From: Octopus sinensis
Lineage: Eukaryota
Length of the DNA stretch: 64,000 nt
Assembly (NCBI RefSeq): GCF_006345805.1
Contig: NC_042998.1
Coordinates: forward strand, 33,480,001-33,544,000
Direction of reading: 5' to 3'
Part shown: positions 27,202-41,054 of the stretch, one piece after another
Position numbering within the stretch: position 1 is the first letter of the stretch
Layout: the number at the start of each line of letters is the position of its first letter
Made by a program: the position numbers and the translations under genes
The notes under the pieces: model-generated
The model's database searches: none
Told to the model about the DNA's origin: nothing
What the model saw: the letters and a program-made list of their open reading frames with translations, nothing else

Positions 27202-27355
27202 AGTGGTTGGCGTTAGGAAGGGCATCCAGCTGTAAAAAATCTGCCAGATCAGACTGGAGCCTGGTGCAGCCCTTGGCTTCCCAGACCCCGGTCGAACCGT
27301 CCAACCCGTGCTAGCGCGGAAAACGGACTTTAAACGATGATGATGATGATGATGA
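27197..27355 (+). mobile_element. 3' tail of an RTE-related SINE or LINE ending in (GAT)n
   Basis: ggcgttaggaagggcatccagctgtaaaa motif followed by a ttaaacgatgatgat tail. Confidence 0.55.
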
Positions 27356-27428
27356 TATATATATATATATATATAATTATATATATATATACATACATAC
27401 ATACATACATACATACATACTATATATA

Positions 27429-27470
<42 letters not shown>

Positions 27471-28252
27471 TACATACATAACATACATACCTACATACAT
27501 ACATACATACATACATACCTCATACTACATACATACATATATATATAAATAAGCCACAGCTCGTGAGCTGAAACTAGATAAAATATTTAAAAAATATTAT
27601 ATATATACATACATATATAATTTTCAGCTCAGAAACGGCTGAACTACTCAATTTTACATCAACTGTGAACCTTCTACAAAACTCCGATTGGGCCCCGATT
27701 AATTACTGCACTTAATTATGGGACGGAGCTCTTATTTCATATTTAGACATCTTAGACCGCACCCCTCCCAAAAGGCTTACCCAACCTGGAGGCGCTTACC
27801 GACACACTTTAACTTTTGTCCCCCCCTCCTTACATGCTGCCCCAACTTCCTCTAGTTTTTAGTAACGCTGACACAGTGACCTCTGTTCCTTGGACCCTTT
27901 TTTTTTTATTTCATTCATTCGAACATTCCCTGTTCGTTCGTTTCTCATACTTCTGTCACATTTGAAATATCCGCCACGAAGTTTGTTTGTTTTGGGGTTT
28001 TTTTCCCGCTACAATTTCGGACCCCTGGACATCTTGCTCTGTAAGGGTATTATTATTTTTTCTTTTTCCTGTGAATGTTGACTGGCATCAATCGAGAAGG
28101 AATTGTAACCACGCCAATTTTACTGGTCTCAGAGGGCCTGAGAAAAAAGATCATGGGAACAGACCCTTTCTCCTGAACAATCGAACAAAATGAAAACAAG
28201 AAAGAAAGCAATCGCAAAAATTAAATAAAGATTAGAAAACACTTAATCGTAC

Positions 28253-28274
28253 CTTTCAACAGTTCGAATGCCAT
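28253..28274 (-). CDS. Gene B coding exon 1 (MAFELLK+G, phase 1)
   Basis: ATG at 28274, donor AAAG|gtacga. Identical to 6495-6516. Confidence 0.75.
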
Positions 28275-28393
28275 TCTTGTATTCTATCTTCAAAAGTTGT
28301 GTATCAGTGATGAGAATAATAAAGTTTTCAGATAAGTTATCTCTGTAGTTACAACACTTGTTAGTGTGTACTCGAGTCGTGAGCCTTACGTTC

Positions 28394-28610
28394 AACTGAT
28401 TCATCCTTGCAAATTTCCCCATATATATACCAACTCAAGATGTGAAATTCATATTAAACGCATGACACAAATGAAAGTAAATTTTCATCAAAATACCTTT
28501 TCGGAAAACAATATAATGATGGCTGATGATGTCATTACGGAAACTGAAAGAACGATTTCCGGCCACATCCGCCACAAGTGGAAAGATGCAAACAACTTTC
28601 AGTTCTCGAT
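28394..28610 (-). promoter_or_regulatory. Putative gene B promoter
   Basis: Inr consensus TCAGTT (A at 28397), TATATATAT at 28429-28421, CRE-like TGATGTCA plus GAAACTGAAA (28540-28549). Confidence 0.6.
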
Positions 28611-28620
28611 GACAGACTTA

Positions 28621-29040
28621 CTCTTTTACTCTTTTACTTGCTTCAGTCATTTGACTGCGGCCATGCTGGAGCATCGCCTTTATAGTCGAGCAAATCGACC
28701 CCGAAGCTTATTCTTTGTAAGCCTAGTACTTATTCTATCGGATCTCTTTTGCCGAACCGCTAAGTTACGGGGATGTAAACAAACCAGCATCGGTTATCAA
28801 GCGATGTTCGGGGGTGGGGGACAAGCACAGATACACAAACATATACACACATACACATACATATATATATATATATACATATACGACGGGCTTCTTTCAG
28901 TTTCCGTCTACCAAATCCACTCCCACGGCTTTGGTTGCCCTGAGGCTATAATAGAAGACCCTTGCCCAAGGTGCCACGCAGTGGGACTGAACCCGGGAGT
29001 ATGCGGTTGGTAAGCAAGCTATTTACCACACAGCCACTCC
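28621..29040 (-). mobile_element. SINE family A, full length
   Basis: Reverse complement of the 5377-5768 type. Confidence 0.9.
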
Positions 29041-29302
29041 AGCCCCTTGTTGAATAAATTACAATTGGTTTGGTACTACATGATGACGACAGCATCACCT
29101 TTTTTCTTGCGTTGTATTTCTGTGGCTTTATTTAAACGGTGGGATGCGATATGAGGAAAAATTAGCCTTTATTTTTATCAAGTCAAGTTTAGATATGTCA
29201 CTAGAATTTTTTTTAAACCTTTTTTTCTTTTTTTTATCATATTAATTACCTCTGGAACTTCATAATTTTAATTGGACTAATTATCTTCCTCATCATGAAG
29301 AT

Positions 29303-29334
<32 letters not shown>

Positions 29335-29374
29335 GCGTCGTCGATGTCATCATCGTCATCATCATCCCCATCAC

Positions 29375-29437
<63 letters not shown>

Positions 29438-29447
29438 CATCATCGTC

Positions 29448-29498
<51 letters not shown>

Positions 29499-29566
29499 GG
29501 CGTCGTCGATGTCATCATCATCATCATCCTCATCATCATCATCATCATCATCATCATAATCACCAC

Positions 29567-29609
<43 letters not shown>

Positions 29610-29660
29610 GCTGTCATCGTCATCATCACAACCACCATCATCAGCATCATTACCACTGCC

Positions 29661-29692
<32 letters not shown>

Positions 29693-29790
29693 CCACACTA
29701 CCATCATCATCTTTATTATCATCATTATAACCAGTTTCATAAAGAACACCACCACCACCACCACCACCACCACTCACCCCCTCATCATCA
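29303..29790. repeat. Compound (CAT)n microsatellite
   Basis: Direct reading. Confidence 0.95.
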
Positions 29791-30466
29791 TCATAGTGTT
29801 ATCGCCTTCGGCGATTTTGTTATTGTTGTTTTTGTTGTGCCTTATCACCCTACACCTTTAATTTCCTTTCAGTAAAGCTTAAACGCCACCACATCACATA
29901 AGTGTTCTAAAACAGACACTTTTGATTTTCCCGCTAAAAATGTCCGGCTTTATTATCAATTTCCTCTTTCGTTTCTTCTACGGAAATCTCTGCTTCCTTG
30001 TCGATTGTAAATTTCGTTTTCTTCGTTATTTTTCAAGTTTAGGAAACACCTATTCAAAGAAATTTTGGAAGTAAAAATTCCTATGAAACTTCCTCTGCAT
30101 GGGGGAAGTAATGAACTGAAAGTAAAAGTGGGAAGATTCGTTAGAAATAAGATCGATAATATTGATTTTTCAGCTGAAGTACTACGATATTTTTTTTCTC
30201 TTTTCTTTTCTTTTCTAGTTCTCGCCGGTATCAACAACATTACCATAAATTCTCTCAAGTTCGTCCGTTTCCGATAAACCCAACATGCAAATTAATAAAA
30301 ATCAACTTCGATGAAGTATTTCTTTATTTCAGAGAATGATAATTATTTCAAATATCAAGATGCTGATCAAGAAATTAACAATGGTGTCAGCTATACGTGT
30401 ACAAAACCATATCTGCTGTGCAGTGTACATGAATGAAAAATATAGATCTCAACGTATCACTTAGTA

Positions 30467-30706
30467 TTGGGTTATTGTATAATTATTGCGGCTTTTTCTC
30501 TACTAATTTTATTCAACAAAAACAATAACAACATGTAACAAAAATGATTATTCCGGAGCATATTCACCATCTACTTCAATTACTGCTTCCCATTTGCTTG
30601 GCAGACGGTCAGACCGTCATTTAAAAATGTTTTTGTTAAATATTGTTATTGCTTTTGTTGAATAAAATTTGTTCAAAAAAGCCGCAATAATTTTGCACCA
30701 ACCCAA
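30467..30706 (-). mobile_element. Mariner-derived deletion element
   Basis: Imperfect TIRs ttgggtt..ataattattgcggcttttt / aaaaaagccgcaataattttgcaccaacccaa flanked by TA. The minus strand encodes the mariner-like C-terminus RLPSKWEAVIEVDGEY. Confidence 0.7.
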
Positions 30707-31215
30707 TAGCTATAAATAGATACCAGTGTGCAGGCGTGGGATCGTTCCCAGCCGTCAGCTGTGAGCGTACAGCAATATATCATTTTCTTTTCTACTCTAG
30801 GCACAAGGCCCGAAATTTGGTGGGGAGGGGGCCAATCGATTAGATCGACTCCAGTACGCAACTGGTACTTAATTTATCGACCCCTTAAGGATGAAAGGCA
30901 AAGTCGACCTCGGCGGAATTTAAACTCAAAATATAAAGACAAACGAAATACCTATTTCAAGGGGCTAAACACAGAAGGGACAAACAAGGACAGACAAACG
31001 GATTAAGTCGATTATATCGACCCCAGTGCGTAACTGGTACTTCATTTAGAAAAGGGGGAAATGGGGGAGGAATTGGAAGAAGAGAGGAAAAGAAGAAGAA
31101 GAAAAAGAAGAAGAGGAAGAAAAGAAGAAGAAGAAGAAGAAGAAGAGAAAAGAAGAGAAGAGAAAAGAAGAAGAAGAAGAAGAAGAAGAAGAAGAAGAAG
31201 AAGAAGAAGAAGAAG

Positions 31216-31249
<34 letters not shown>

Positions 31250-32988
31250 TGATGGTGATGGTGATGGTGATGTTTTTATTAGCCAGAATATTGGACCGGA
31301 ATTAATTTTAAAACTTGTATCAATAAATTTTACAATGATTAAACCAAGATATGTAGTGCCCCAGCATGGCCACAGCTCATAAGCTGAAACTAGAATCAAT
31401 CATCAATCAATCACCCACTTGCCTTAATTACTCCCTCCTTTAATGTATCCTCTCCATGTCTTCTATATATTGGTTAACTCTGGTGATTCCAGAAATTACC
31501 TTGGGGAAGAGTCTGTAGTGGGAGGACTTACATCCTGTTGGCATTTTCCATGTTGATGGGCAAGTGTTGTTCGGAGTCCATCGTTATATTTTCTTTGCTA
31601 CAATTTCATATCTTCTGTCCGATCACTCTTTATTTGGATCATTCCCTTGTAGTTCATGTCCGTATTCTATTGTAATTTCATTGGCCTAATGAATGACTGT
31701 GAAGACCATTCCAATCGAACAGGAAACCACATCACTTGAGACTGGATTGCTTTCATAGACGACATACTTCTCTCAGCCAGCAATTGAAAAAAAGCAATTA
31801 AAAAAAGCAATTAACAAAAGTATGAGTGTAAGTATATATTTTTTCATAAGAGTAATCACACTTCAGCGACAAAACAATCTCTCCATGCTAGAGAGGTTTT
31901 CTTCAGAAGAGGTTTACTCGCATTTTGTTGAGTTATTTTTCTATCATTTCCCCCCAAATCCGCCGGTCTCCTGTGACCGCAGTTGGTCCCCTATTATCAT
32001 AAGTGAGTGGGGTGGGGTACTGTGAGGCAGCACGTTTAGTGATTTATTTCTCGCTATTAATGCTGCTATTATGGAAGATTATCATTTCCTCCGCCGGCTG
32101 AGACCAAGAAAGCAGATACCTGAGATTTTGCTCCTAGCAATGAAGACAGAGCTAGAGGTGTGCCTGATGTCACGTTTGAACTGCTAACCTCCATGATGTG
32201 TTCCAGCTCTTACTTTCGTTCTTTTAAATGAGCGAAGACGCCACTAAGTGGCCTTTACTTCTACATGCGTAGCTGCCTGGCCGTCTACAATGAATGCTGA
32301 GTTTTAAGGCCCTATTGTCAGTACGTTCTTAAAGAAAGGGTTCTGATATTATTTTGTAAGCTTGTGGAAACACGAAGGCTTTTATGACTTTAGTAAACCC
32401 CACCTAATCACATATTTCCAATAGTTACCTGTACATTGAACACCTGCTCATAATGAACTACGAAGGTTACAACTACCTGGAGCTCAACAGGATCATCGAT
32501 GTCCTTGACGGTGGCCTTTATATTCTTCCTTCCCAAATACAGCTTATGGCCTGGTGTCGCACACGCAGTTTGTCTTTGCGATTTAGCTCTATTTCCAGTA
32601 TCAATACCCCCAAATATTTAGCTGCTAGAACTCTTAAAGAACACCTAGGAGAAATGTGAAGTATGCTTGGTAATGAAAGTACTAAACCGTAACAACCTCG
32701 AGGCAAAACAAAACATGAAGAAAATGTAAGAAGGGCAATGAATTTACACCTCATCAGTTCATCATCTTATGAACAAATAAACAACACTGTAGAGTGATAC
32801 TTAACAGTAAGCTCATAAGTGGTCGGTGGTGGGGTGTTAAGGACTCAAAAGTACGTACTCGGGGCCCTCGGCGAAAATCTTCGTTACCGCAAACGAAATT
32901 TTGAACGACTCTATAAATCACAATTTTGTTTCTACTCATAGGCAGCATACAGAGAAATGAGTAAGGAAAGTAGTACCGTTAAGAAAGC

Positions 32989-33061
<73 letters not shown>

Positions 33062-33064
<3 letters not shown>

Positions 33065-33422
33065 ATTGTGAAACAGGACGTCAAACATTAAGGCAAGGCA
33101 AACATCTCAAGCTGTATACAATATTATTACAGTAAGAAATTCAAAATCTTATAGCTATTTCTGGGATATCCCCGAGTATCGGATATTCCGTCATCAAACA
33201 CAAATAGGGGAAAAATATGGAAAATATTGTCATCTTATTGATATATATTATTCTCAGTTTCCATATTTCCCCGCCTATTTGTCTCTGATGACGGAAATCC
33301 CATACTCGGGGATATCCCAGAAACAGCTGTAAGATTTTGAATTTCTTCATATAATAATATTGTATACGACTTGAGATGTTTGCCTTGCCTTAATGTTTGA
33401 CGCCCTGTTTAACAATTATATA
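33062..33422. mobile_element. Palindromic Penelope-like element
   Basis: Arms at about 33062-33210 and 33268-33422 are reverse complements, flanked by (TA)n. Confidence 0.75.
33282..33334 (+). ncRNA. Type-I hammerhead ribozyme motif
   Basis: TCT-CTGATGA-cGGAaATCCC(loop)GGGATaTCCca-GAAAC-AGCT-GTA-AGA. Confidence 0.6.
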
Positions 33423-33587
33423 TCCGCTGCATCGGAAATCTACAATGGCTCCATGACTATCGTCTCGGGCTACAACCTTGAAGCACCAGTAATCTATTAC
33501 AACACTTCCTATCGTACCTAATCGTTTAGATTACCTGTGAACTAAAACCCCATACTTTATATGTATATATATATATATAATATATAT

Positions 33588-33661
<74 letters not shown>

Positions 33662-33791
33662 TCTCCTGTTTATTTCTATCTTCCTTTCTGTCGAAGAGCG
33701 TTCGCTCGAAAGGTAAAAGACTTTCTCACTTCCCGAGCGTTAAACTAATACATCTGTTACTTTGTCTTTTGCTTTTTTCTTTATAAATTCT

Positions 33792-33877
<86 letters not shown>

Positions 33878-34037
33878 AACTTGACTTGGTTCGTCAGGTG
33901 CTGGTTCCAATGGAATTAGGTCAGTTGTTTGTGCTGTTGATGTGACCCCTGACCTGTTGGAATTTGGTCATTTGTTGCGCTGCATTCATTGGCAAGAATG
34001 GCTTCTAGTGTAGCCATGTGCGCGTGGAAAATAAGAA

Positions 34038-34078
<41 letters not shown>

Positions 34079-34585
34079 GCTGCGTGGCAGGAAATTTGTT
34101 TTCTAACGACATGCTGCCGAGTTCAGTCCTGTTCCGTGGCACTTTTGGCAAATAACTTGTACTATAGCCTCGGACCGACCAGGGCCTTGTAAGTGGGTTT
34201 AGTAGATGGAAGCTGAAAGAAACCTGTCACACCACACACACACACACACACACACACAAACGCGCGCGCGTATGTGTGTCTGTGTGTGAGTGTGTGAGTC
34301 TTTGTGTCTGTGTTTGCACCCCCATCCCCATCACCGCTTGACAACCGCTGTTGGCATGTTTCGTCCTCATAACTTAGCGGTCCGTCAAAAGATTTCGGTA
34401 GAATAAGTACCATTCATTACAAAAAGTCCTTGGCTGGATTCTTTCTAATTTTAATTTTCATTTTTCCACTTCCTCTTCTGAGATAATTTCAGATACACCA
34501 AAGAGGAAATGGGAATTTGTTCCAATTGCTGAAAATATCAGCACACACATGCATGCGTGTATATATATATATATATATATATATA

Positions 34586-34753
34586 GGCGCAGGGGTTGCT
34601 GTGTGGTAAGTAGTTTGCTTACCAACCACATGGTTCCGGGTTCGGTCCCACTGCGTGGCACATCGGGCAAGCATCTTCTACTATAACATCGGGCCGACCA
34701 AAGCCTTGCGAGTAGATTTGGTAGACAGAAACTGAAAGAAGCCCGTTGTATGC

Positions 34754-34841
<88 letters not shown>

Positions 34842-35063
34842 GTGTGTGTGTGTGTGTGTATGTTTGCATGTATGTGTTTGTCCCGTCCCCCCTCACACCA
34901 TCGCTTGACTACCGATGTTGGTGTGTTCATGTCCCCTAGCGGTTCGGCAAAAGAGACCGATAGAATAAGTACTAGGCTTACGAAGAATAGGTCCCGGGGT
35001 CGATTTGTTCGACTAAAGACGGTACTCCAGCATGGCCGCAGTCAAATGACTGAAACAAATAAA
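34586..35063 (+). mobile_element. SINE family A, with its 3' end duplicated in inverted orientation at 35074-35152
   Basis: Family similarity. The inverted copy shares private substitutions. Confidence 0.85.
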
Positions 35064-35825
35064 TTCTTAATTCTTTTATTTGTTTCAGTCATTTGACTGC
35101 GGCCATGCTGGAGTACCGTCTTTAGTCGAACAAATCGACCCCCGGGACCTATATATATATATATATATTCGCAAGTACATACACACACGCACACACCCGT
35201 TTTCTCTCTAGTGATGTAGGCAGCTTGCATGCAGACTGCTAAAACCAAAACAAAAATAATGACCTAATTCTTTCATAACTCGGAATACCCACAGCATAAG
35301 AAGAAGAAGAAAAAGACGAAATGAAAGAGAAGAAGAATGATGAAAATATTAGCATAAAAGTTATGGAACCCACAACTGGGATGTTTCAAGCGGCGGGACT
35401 TCAGAATGTAGGAAAAATAAAACGGAGTCGAAGGAAAAAGAAAAGAGAAAAAAAAAGTGGGGGTGGGGGTTAAAAAGGAAAAATGGAATTATGGCAAAAA
35501 TAACTGAAGACTCTTAAGTGTGAAGAACATCAATATAATTTTGGATTCGGTTTTTTTTTTATACCTAAGCTAATTTTCCCATTTTCACTTTCGGTTCTCC
35601 TCTTGGTTCGAGCCAAAGAAGTCTCAGATGCACCGAAGAAGGACGGAACGGTTGTACACGTTGCTAGAAATATCAGCCAAATGTTTATATACACTACAAG
35701 GCCATATGATGAGAGGTCGTCTCACGATACGTAAAGCAGGGTTCTGTGTTCTAAGATAGCATCAACTTTTTAGTGAGGATGAATATTATCTTTTGGTATT
35801 AATATTGATTTTCTTGCTCTTCGTT

Positions 35826-35881
<56 letters not shown>

Positions 35882-35974
35882 TATATATATATATATATAT
35901 ATATATGTAGGTCCCGGTTGAGTCGGGGTTAACCACAGTAAATAAGGTACTCAATACATAGCAGAGTAAATTAA

Positions 35975-36113
35975 TTTATTTTATAGAAGGAGCTTCTACA
36001 GGACTAGAACTGTTTCATTCAAATGAAATCATCAGGAAGCCAATTTGGCTTCCTGATGATTTCATTTGAATGAAACAGTTCTAGTCCTGTAGAAGCTCCT
36101 TCTATAAAATAAA
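35975..36113. repeat. Near-perfect palindrome of about 140 bp with a hammerhead-like core in each arm
   Basis: Centre aagccaatttggctt. Arms contain CTGATGA...GAAAC. Confidence 0.8.
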
Positions 36114-36220
36114 AAATATATATATATATATGGTGGGGTGTATACTTATATACATACATATTTTCTATATTTATAAACGCCTACACTCGCAAGTAAATAT
36201 ATATAAATATATACGTGTAT

Positions 36221-36549
36221 TGCTGCTGACACCCCCTTCGGTCATGACTGACCGTGGGATTGCGCCTAGGCACAAGTCCGGATAAGGTTGTTTATGGAAG
36301 ACCAGAAGTCGCCTATGCATACCAGCTTCCCCTCGCCACGCCACCAGTTTTATCCAAGGGAAAGGCAATGGCCATGATACAGCTTGGCACCTGTGAAGTC
36401 GCAACTTATTTCTACAGCTGAGTTAACTGGAGCAACGTAAAATAAAATGTCTTGCTCAAGAACACAACACGCAGCTCGATCCGGGATTCGAACTCACAAC
36501 CTCATGATCGTAAGCTCGATGCTCTAACCACTGAGCCTTGCGCCTTCAC
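36221..36549 (-). mobile_element. SINE present only in duplication block B
   Basis: Minus-strand tRNA-like head. Absent from the homologous sequence near 10655. Confidence 0.7.
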
Positions 36550-36807
36550 TGTATATTCAATTGTAAAAACATAATGCGTGCATACAAATAAATTTGCAGG
36601 TGTGTATACATATATATTTATACAAGTATATACATAAGAGTATGCTTCCAAACATATACGAGAATGCACGCACACACATACACATAAACACACACACACA
36701 GACTTCTCTCACACATTCATGCAACCATACGTTTCTCTCTAGTATTCCATGTAGCCATATTTGCAGACGGGTGCTACCCAGCGAACGCAATGCCCTAATT
36801 TTTTCAT

Positions 36808-37095
36808 CCTGCTCCAGAGCGTCGGCTTCGGGGTCACTCCGAAAAGCTCTATCTGCGACGATTCCATCTCAATCGAAGGAGAGGGGCTTTCTCCGACCGG
36901 GTTGCGGATCCGTGGAATAAGCTGCCGGACGAGATAGTGAAGATGCCGATGACCGCTCGGTTCAAAGTCTCTCTTGACCAGAAATGGCCTGAACTCTTTG
37001 CACGAACACCACCCTGTACATAACTCCATGTCCCCCTACATGGCCTTGCTTTTTGCTTTTTGAGCCAAAAAATTAACTTAACTTAACTTAACTTA
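36808..37095 (+). mobile_element. CR1-clade LINE 3' end with (TTAAC)n tail
   Basis: Encodes RLRGHSEKL...AFSDRVADPWNKLPDEIV...FKVSLD, the CR1/L2 ORF2 C-terminal motif. Empty site at 10990/10991. Confidence 0.85.
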
Positions 37096-37322
37096 TCACC
37101 GAAATGGCAATGATTAAAACATAGTGGAACTTTCACTGATAGCATTGCCCGACTGGCAGAAAATTGTGAGGGCTTGCCGACACTCCAGGTGCCAAGCGCC
37201 CTTTCTTGGTCTACGCTTTTACCATAGCTGTAGGCAAACTGCGTAATGGAAAGGCAGTTGGAAATGACCTAATGGTTGGATCCTGGCACAAAGGGCTGAC
37301 ATTTTATGGGAAACTAACAATA

Positions 37323-38116
37323 TGAGGGGGTACCCAAAAGAAACCGGAATTTTGCAATATTATTTTATTCACTTAATTTTACATGTTTACACTTTTATAG
37401 CCTTCAAAGTATTCTCCATTTGAAGCAATGCATCGGTCCTGACACGTTTTCCACTATTCGAAGCAATGCTGGAACTCTTGCCAAGCGATGCCTTTTAACG
37501 CCATTGTCGTTTTTTCTTCACCTCTTCCACAACTGCAAATTCCGTAGGACCAGCTTTCGTCACCAGTGATGACCTTCGAAAAAAGATCCGGATCAACTTC
37601 GAACTGTTCTTTCAGTTCACTACACGCATTCAGACGTGACTGCTTTTGATCTTCCATGAGCAAGCGAGGCACAAATTTTGCTGCAACCCTTTTCATTCGC
37701 TATTCCCCATCTCAAAATTCGTTGGGAGGAGCTCCTGAATGACGTTGGTCTTCAAGCGACAAGTGACCGTTCATAAAGCATGGAAATCACTCGTAAACTA
37801 GTGTTTTGCTCATGGCAGCGTCCTTGCAAGCGGTTTGAAGCATGACAACTGTTTAGGCCGCCGTTTTCCTCAGCAGAAAACAGAATTTCACGGAAGCACC
37901 CTGTTCCTTCGTTTCAACCATAGCAAAAATCGACGAACAGGAGAGAAGCACTGCAAGATAAAGATGCACCACGTGACTGTAGGACTTCGATCGACGACAC
38001 CGGTCGGCAGACTAATGCTTGAGAATCGCATCAAGTGGCTTCTAGCGGCGATATCCTGGACTACAACGGGCTTGTCCCACAGAGAGCGTTTCTGGTTACT
38101 TTTAGGGCTCCCTTCG
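37323..38116 (-). mobile_element. Internally deleted mariner transposon
   Basis: MKRVAAKFVPRLL...ITGDESW and the C-terminal RCIASNGEYFEG motif. Imperfect TIRs flanked by TA. Confidence 0.85.
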
Positions 38117-38539
38117 TAAGTAAATTTAGAAGTATTATCACAGGTTAGGTTGACATACCATATTGGCTAAGCTATATAACAGATGAGTCTCGTAATCAAG
38201 AATAAAACCACCGAGATGCCCATTGCTTGCCTACACACATTATACGGGAAACCGTAGACAAGCTGTCTCAGCCAATTCCTCCCGGGTCATTATGAATCCA
38301 ACAACATGGTGACTGATGAACAGGCCGGTTAAGAGAAGGGACTGTGGTTGTGTGCCGAACAACTTTTGATAAATAAAGCTGTATTGCCTCAAGTAAAACA
38401 AAAACAAAACCACAAAAATGCGTGGTAGGAACCTTACAACAGAAAAGCTTGATTAAATGAAGACATTTGACTTTATTCCCCACTCATGGCTCCTGAAGTG
38501 AGTCCATTTGGCAAAAGTGCCTGCTATCTTAATCGTTGA

Positions 38540-40250
38540 CATTGGGAGTTTCACAAAGATCTAGGCCTTAATCCTTACACTCAGAACAGAGAGTGGAACG
38601 GTCGTCTCCAGTGCCATAAATACTTCAATGGGAATATTACAGAGAGATAGTCTCTCTGTACTTCTACTCATTTTGGTGTTAAAACCATTATTATTCCGGT
38701 TCCAGAAGTCAAATGGCAACATGATAGGGTCTGCTACTGCAAGAGATATTAATGTAAACCATACTTTCTTTGTGGATGACCTCAGGACTTGTGCTAAAAG
38801 TGTTAACAATGCCACCACCCCAAAAACAAACAGCTGAAGTTAATAACATTTTCAGCTGACACAGGAATGGAATTTGGTCAAAAGAAACATTTAATTGTTA
38901 AACGGGGGAATCCGTCCCCCAGACACAAAACCTGTGCATCAGTGGTCTCGCTATATCTCCTGTCCCACACAAAGAATGCTACAGGTACCTAAGCATTTAT
39001 GAAAATATATCATACAAAAGTACTGTGAATAGAGTGACCCAAGAATATTATACCAGTCTTAGAAAAATATGGCAGTCCGAACTCTCCTCTTACAAGACAA
39101 TATCCCACAATGCATTTTCAGTACCAGTGCTGGTTCCAACATTTGGGATACTTGACTGGACTGTAAAAGAAATCCACTCCATAAAAATAAATTCACTAGA
39201 TTCTGCTATCAAACTGGAAATCTCTACAGAAATAGTGATATCAACAGGCTCTGCCTAAGAAGAGATAAAAGACGTAGAGGCTTGGAATGTCGCAAAGACT
39301 CTCTCAGACAACATTTGCCAAACAACAGCAGCAAAAATAAACACATTAACTTAGTGCTGAAAAGAGAAAACAACAATATCCTATGTGTTGGAAGCGGATC
39401 TCCCATACCACCGCAAATTAGTCGGACTAACATACTGCAAACAAGACCCGGAAGCGAAACACTCATCATGCCAAAAATAGATCATAGCTATGTTTCTCGT
39501 AGACTTGAAGAAGATAGTAATGTTGACATGAAGTGATGCCTCTCTTGGACTCATAACCGTTACATCACATCACGTTTCGAAGGCTATGCATTTGCAATCC
39601 AAGAATAGGAGATTGCTACTAAAATGTCTAATCAACAAAAGAGACAGGGAAGCCATTGGAGTGACAAGAGGCGACCGAAAATATAGATTGCATCATATTT
39701 CAGGGGAAGACATCACACATGTGGTTAGCAGCTGCCTAAAAGTGTCATCAAGGTATTACCTCCCAATGAGACACGAAGTCGTGTCATCCAGAAAAAAAGA
39801 CTGTTCTGGAATAAATGTAGAGAATCCCTCTGTTATCGAACATGTGCACAAACAGCAGCACAAGGAATACTGGTGGAACATTCTCATCAAGACATCTGTC
39901 AAGTCTAAGCATACCAGGCCGGATATTGTTGTTTGAGTCAGACAAGAGAAAGTATGTACCGTTGTAGAGGCCAGCTGTCCTGCCGCTGTGAATGTCTCTT
40001 TGAAAATCAAAGAAAAAGAAGATAACTATGGATAACTGTTTCGAAACCCCCAACTTCTATATATATATATATATATATATATTGTACCAATAATAACTGG
40101 AGCAGTTCGTTTTGTAAGTAAATGCCTGTCAATCTGGATGAGCTTGGGTTTTCAGAAAAAGAAATCAACCAACTTGCTCGCACATTAAAACACAATCTAT
40201 AAGTGGAAAGGGAAAAGCACGCAAGACTTTTCTGGGGTTTAAAATGTAAC
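38540..40250 (+). pseudogene. Degenerate RT plus REL-endonuclease non-LTR retrotransposon ORF (R4/NeSL-like)
   Basis: Frameshifted motifs GILQRDSLS, FFVDDL, GMEFG, FGILDWT, EDITHVVSSC...RH, RPDIVV. Confidence 0.8.
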
Positions 40251-40453
40251 AATGTTTTCGTTATCTACATTACAACGATAGAGTTTTGTATCTTTGTTAG
40301 AAACCAGCTCCTTCTTCAAAGAAAGACTTTAAACGATTAAAAAAAAACAGAAAAGAACACACACACACACACACACACACGAGTGAATAGACAAACGAAA
40401 ACAACCACTTAGCACATTTGGTAAAAGATGCATATATTATTTAATAACAGTTT

Positions 40454-40850
40454 AAGGCGGCGAGCTGGCAGAAACGTTAGCACGCCGGGCGAAATACTTA
40501 ACGGTATTTCGTCTGCCGTTACGTTCTGAGTTCAAATTCCGCCGAGGTCGACTTTGCCTTTCATCCTTTCGAGGTCGATTAAATAAGTACCAGTTACGCA
40601 CTGGGGGTCGATATAATCGACTTAATCCGTTTGTCTGTTCTTATTTGTCCTCTCTGTGTTTAGCCCCTTGTGGGTAGTAAAGAAATAGGTATTTCGTCTG
40701 CCGTTACGTTCTGAGTTCAAATTCCGCCGAGGTCGACTTTGCCTTTCATCCATTCGGGAACGATAAATTAAGTACCAGTTACGCACTTTGGTCGACTTAA
40801 TCGACTCGCCCCTTTCCTTCAAAATTTCAGGCCTTGTGCCTAGAGTAGAA
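40454..40850 (+). mobile_element. SINE family C with two body units
   Basis: Similar to 9952-10548. Confidence 0.85.
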
Positions 40851-41054
40851 TGCTTTACTTAATAACTGCTTGATTCGGCTTCATGAAATCTAAATGTTTT
40901 ATAGGATCATCAGTGATAAAAAGAATTTTCTATTTTTATGAAATTTCCTTGACCTGATGAAAAATGAAAATGAAAGTATATGGAAAAATGAAAATGAAAG
41001 TAGAGAAATTATCGAGTAAAAGACTAAACAGAAAATTATATTGATTTTTTTTTT

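Noticed and set aside
32518-32754. ORF containing KYLGV
   Set aside because: Possibly an old LINE RT scrap, but too short and degenerate to call.
36808-36830. Shared 5' truncation point of the CR1 copies
   Set aside because: The 63020-63353 copy continues further 5' in frame, so the truncations differ.
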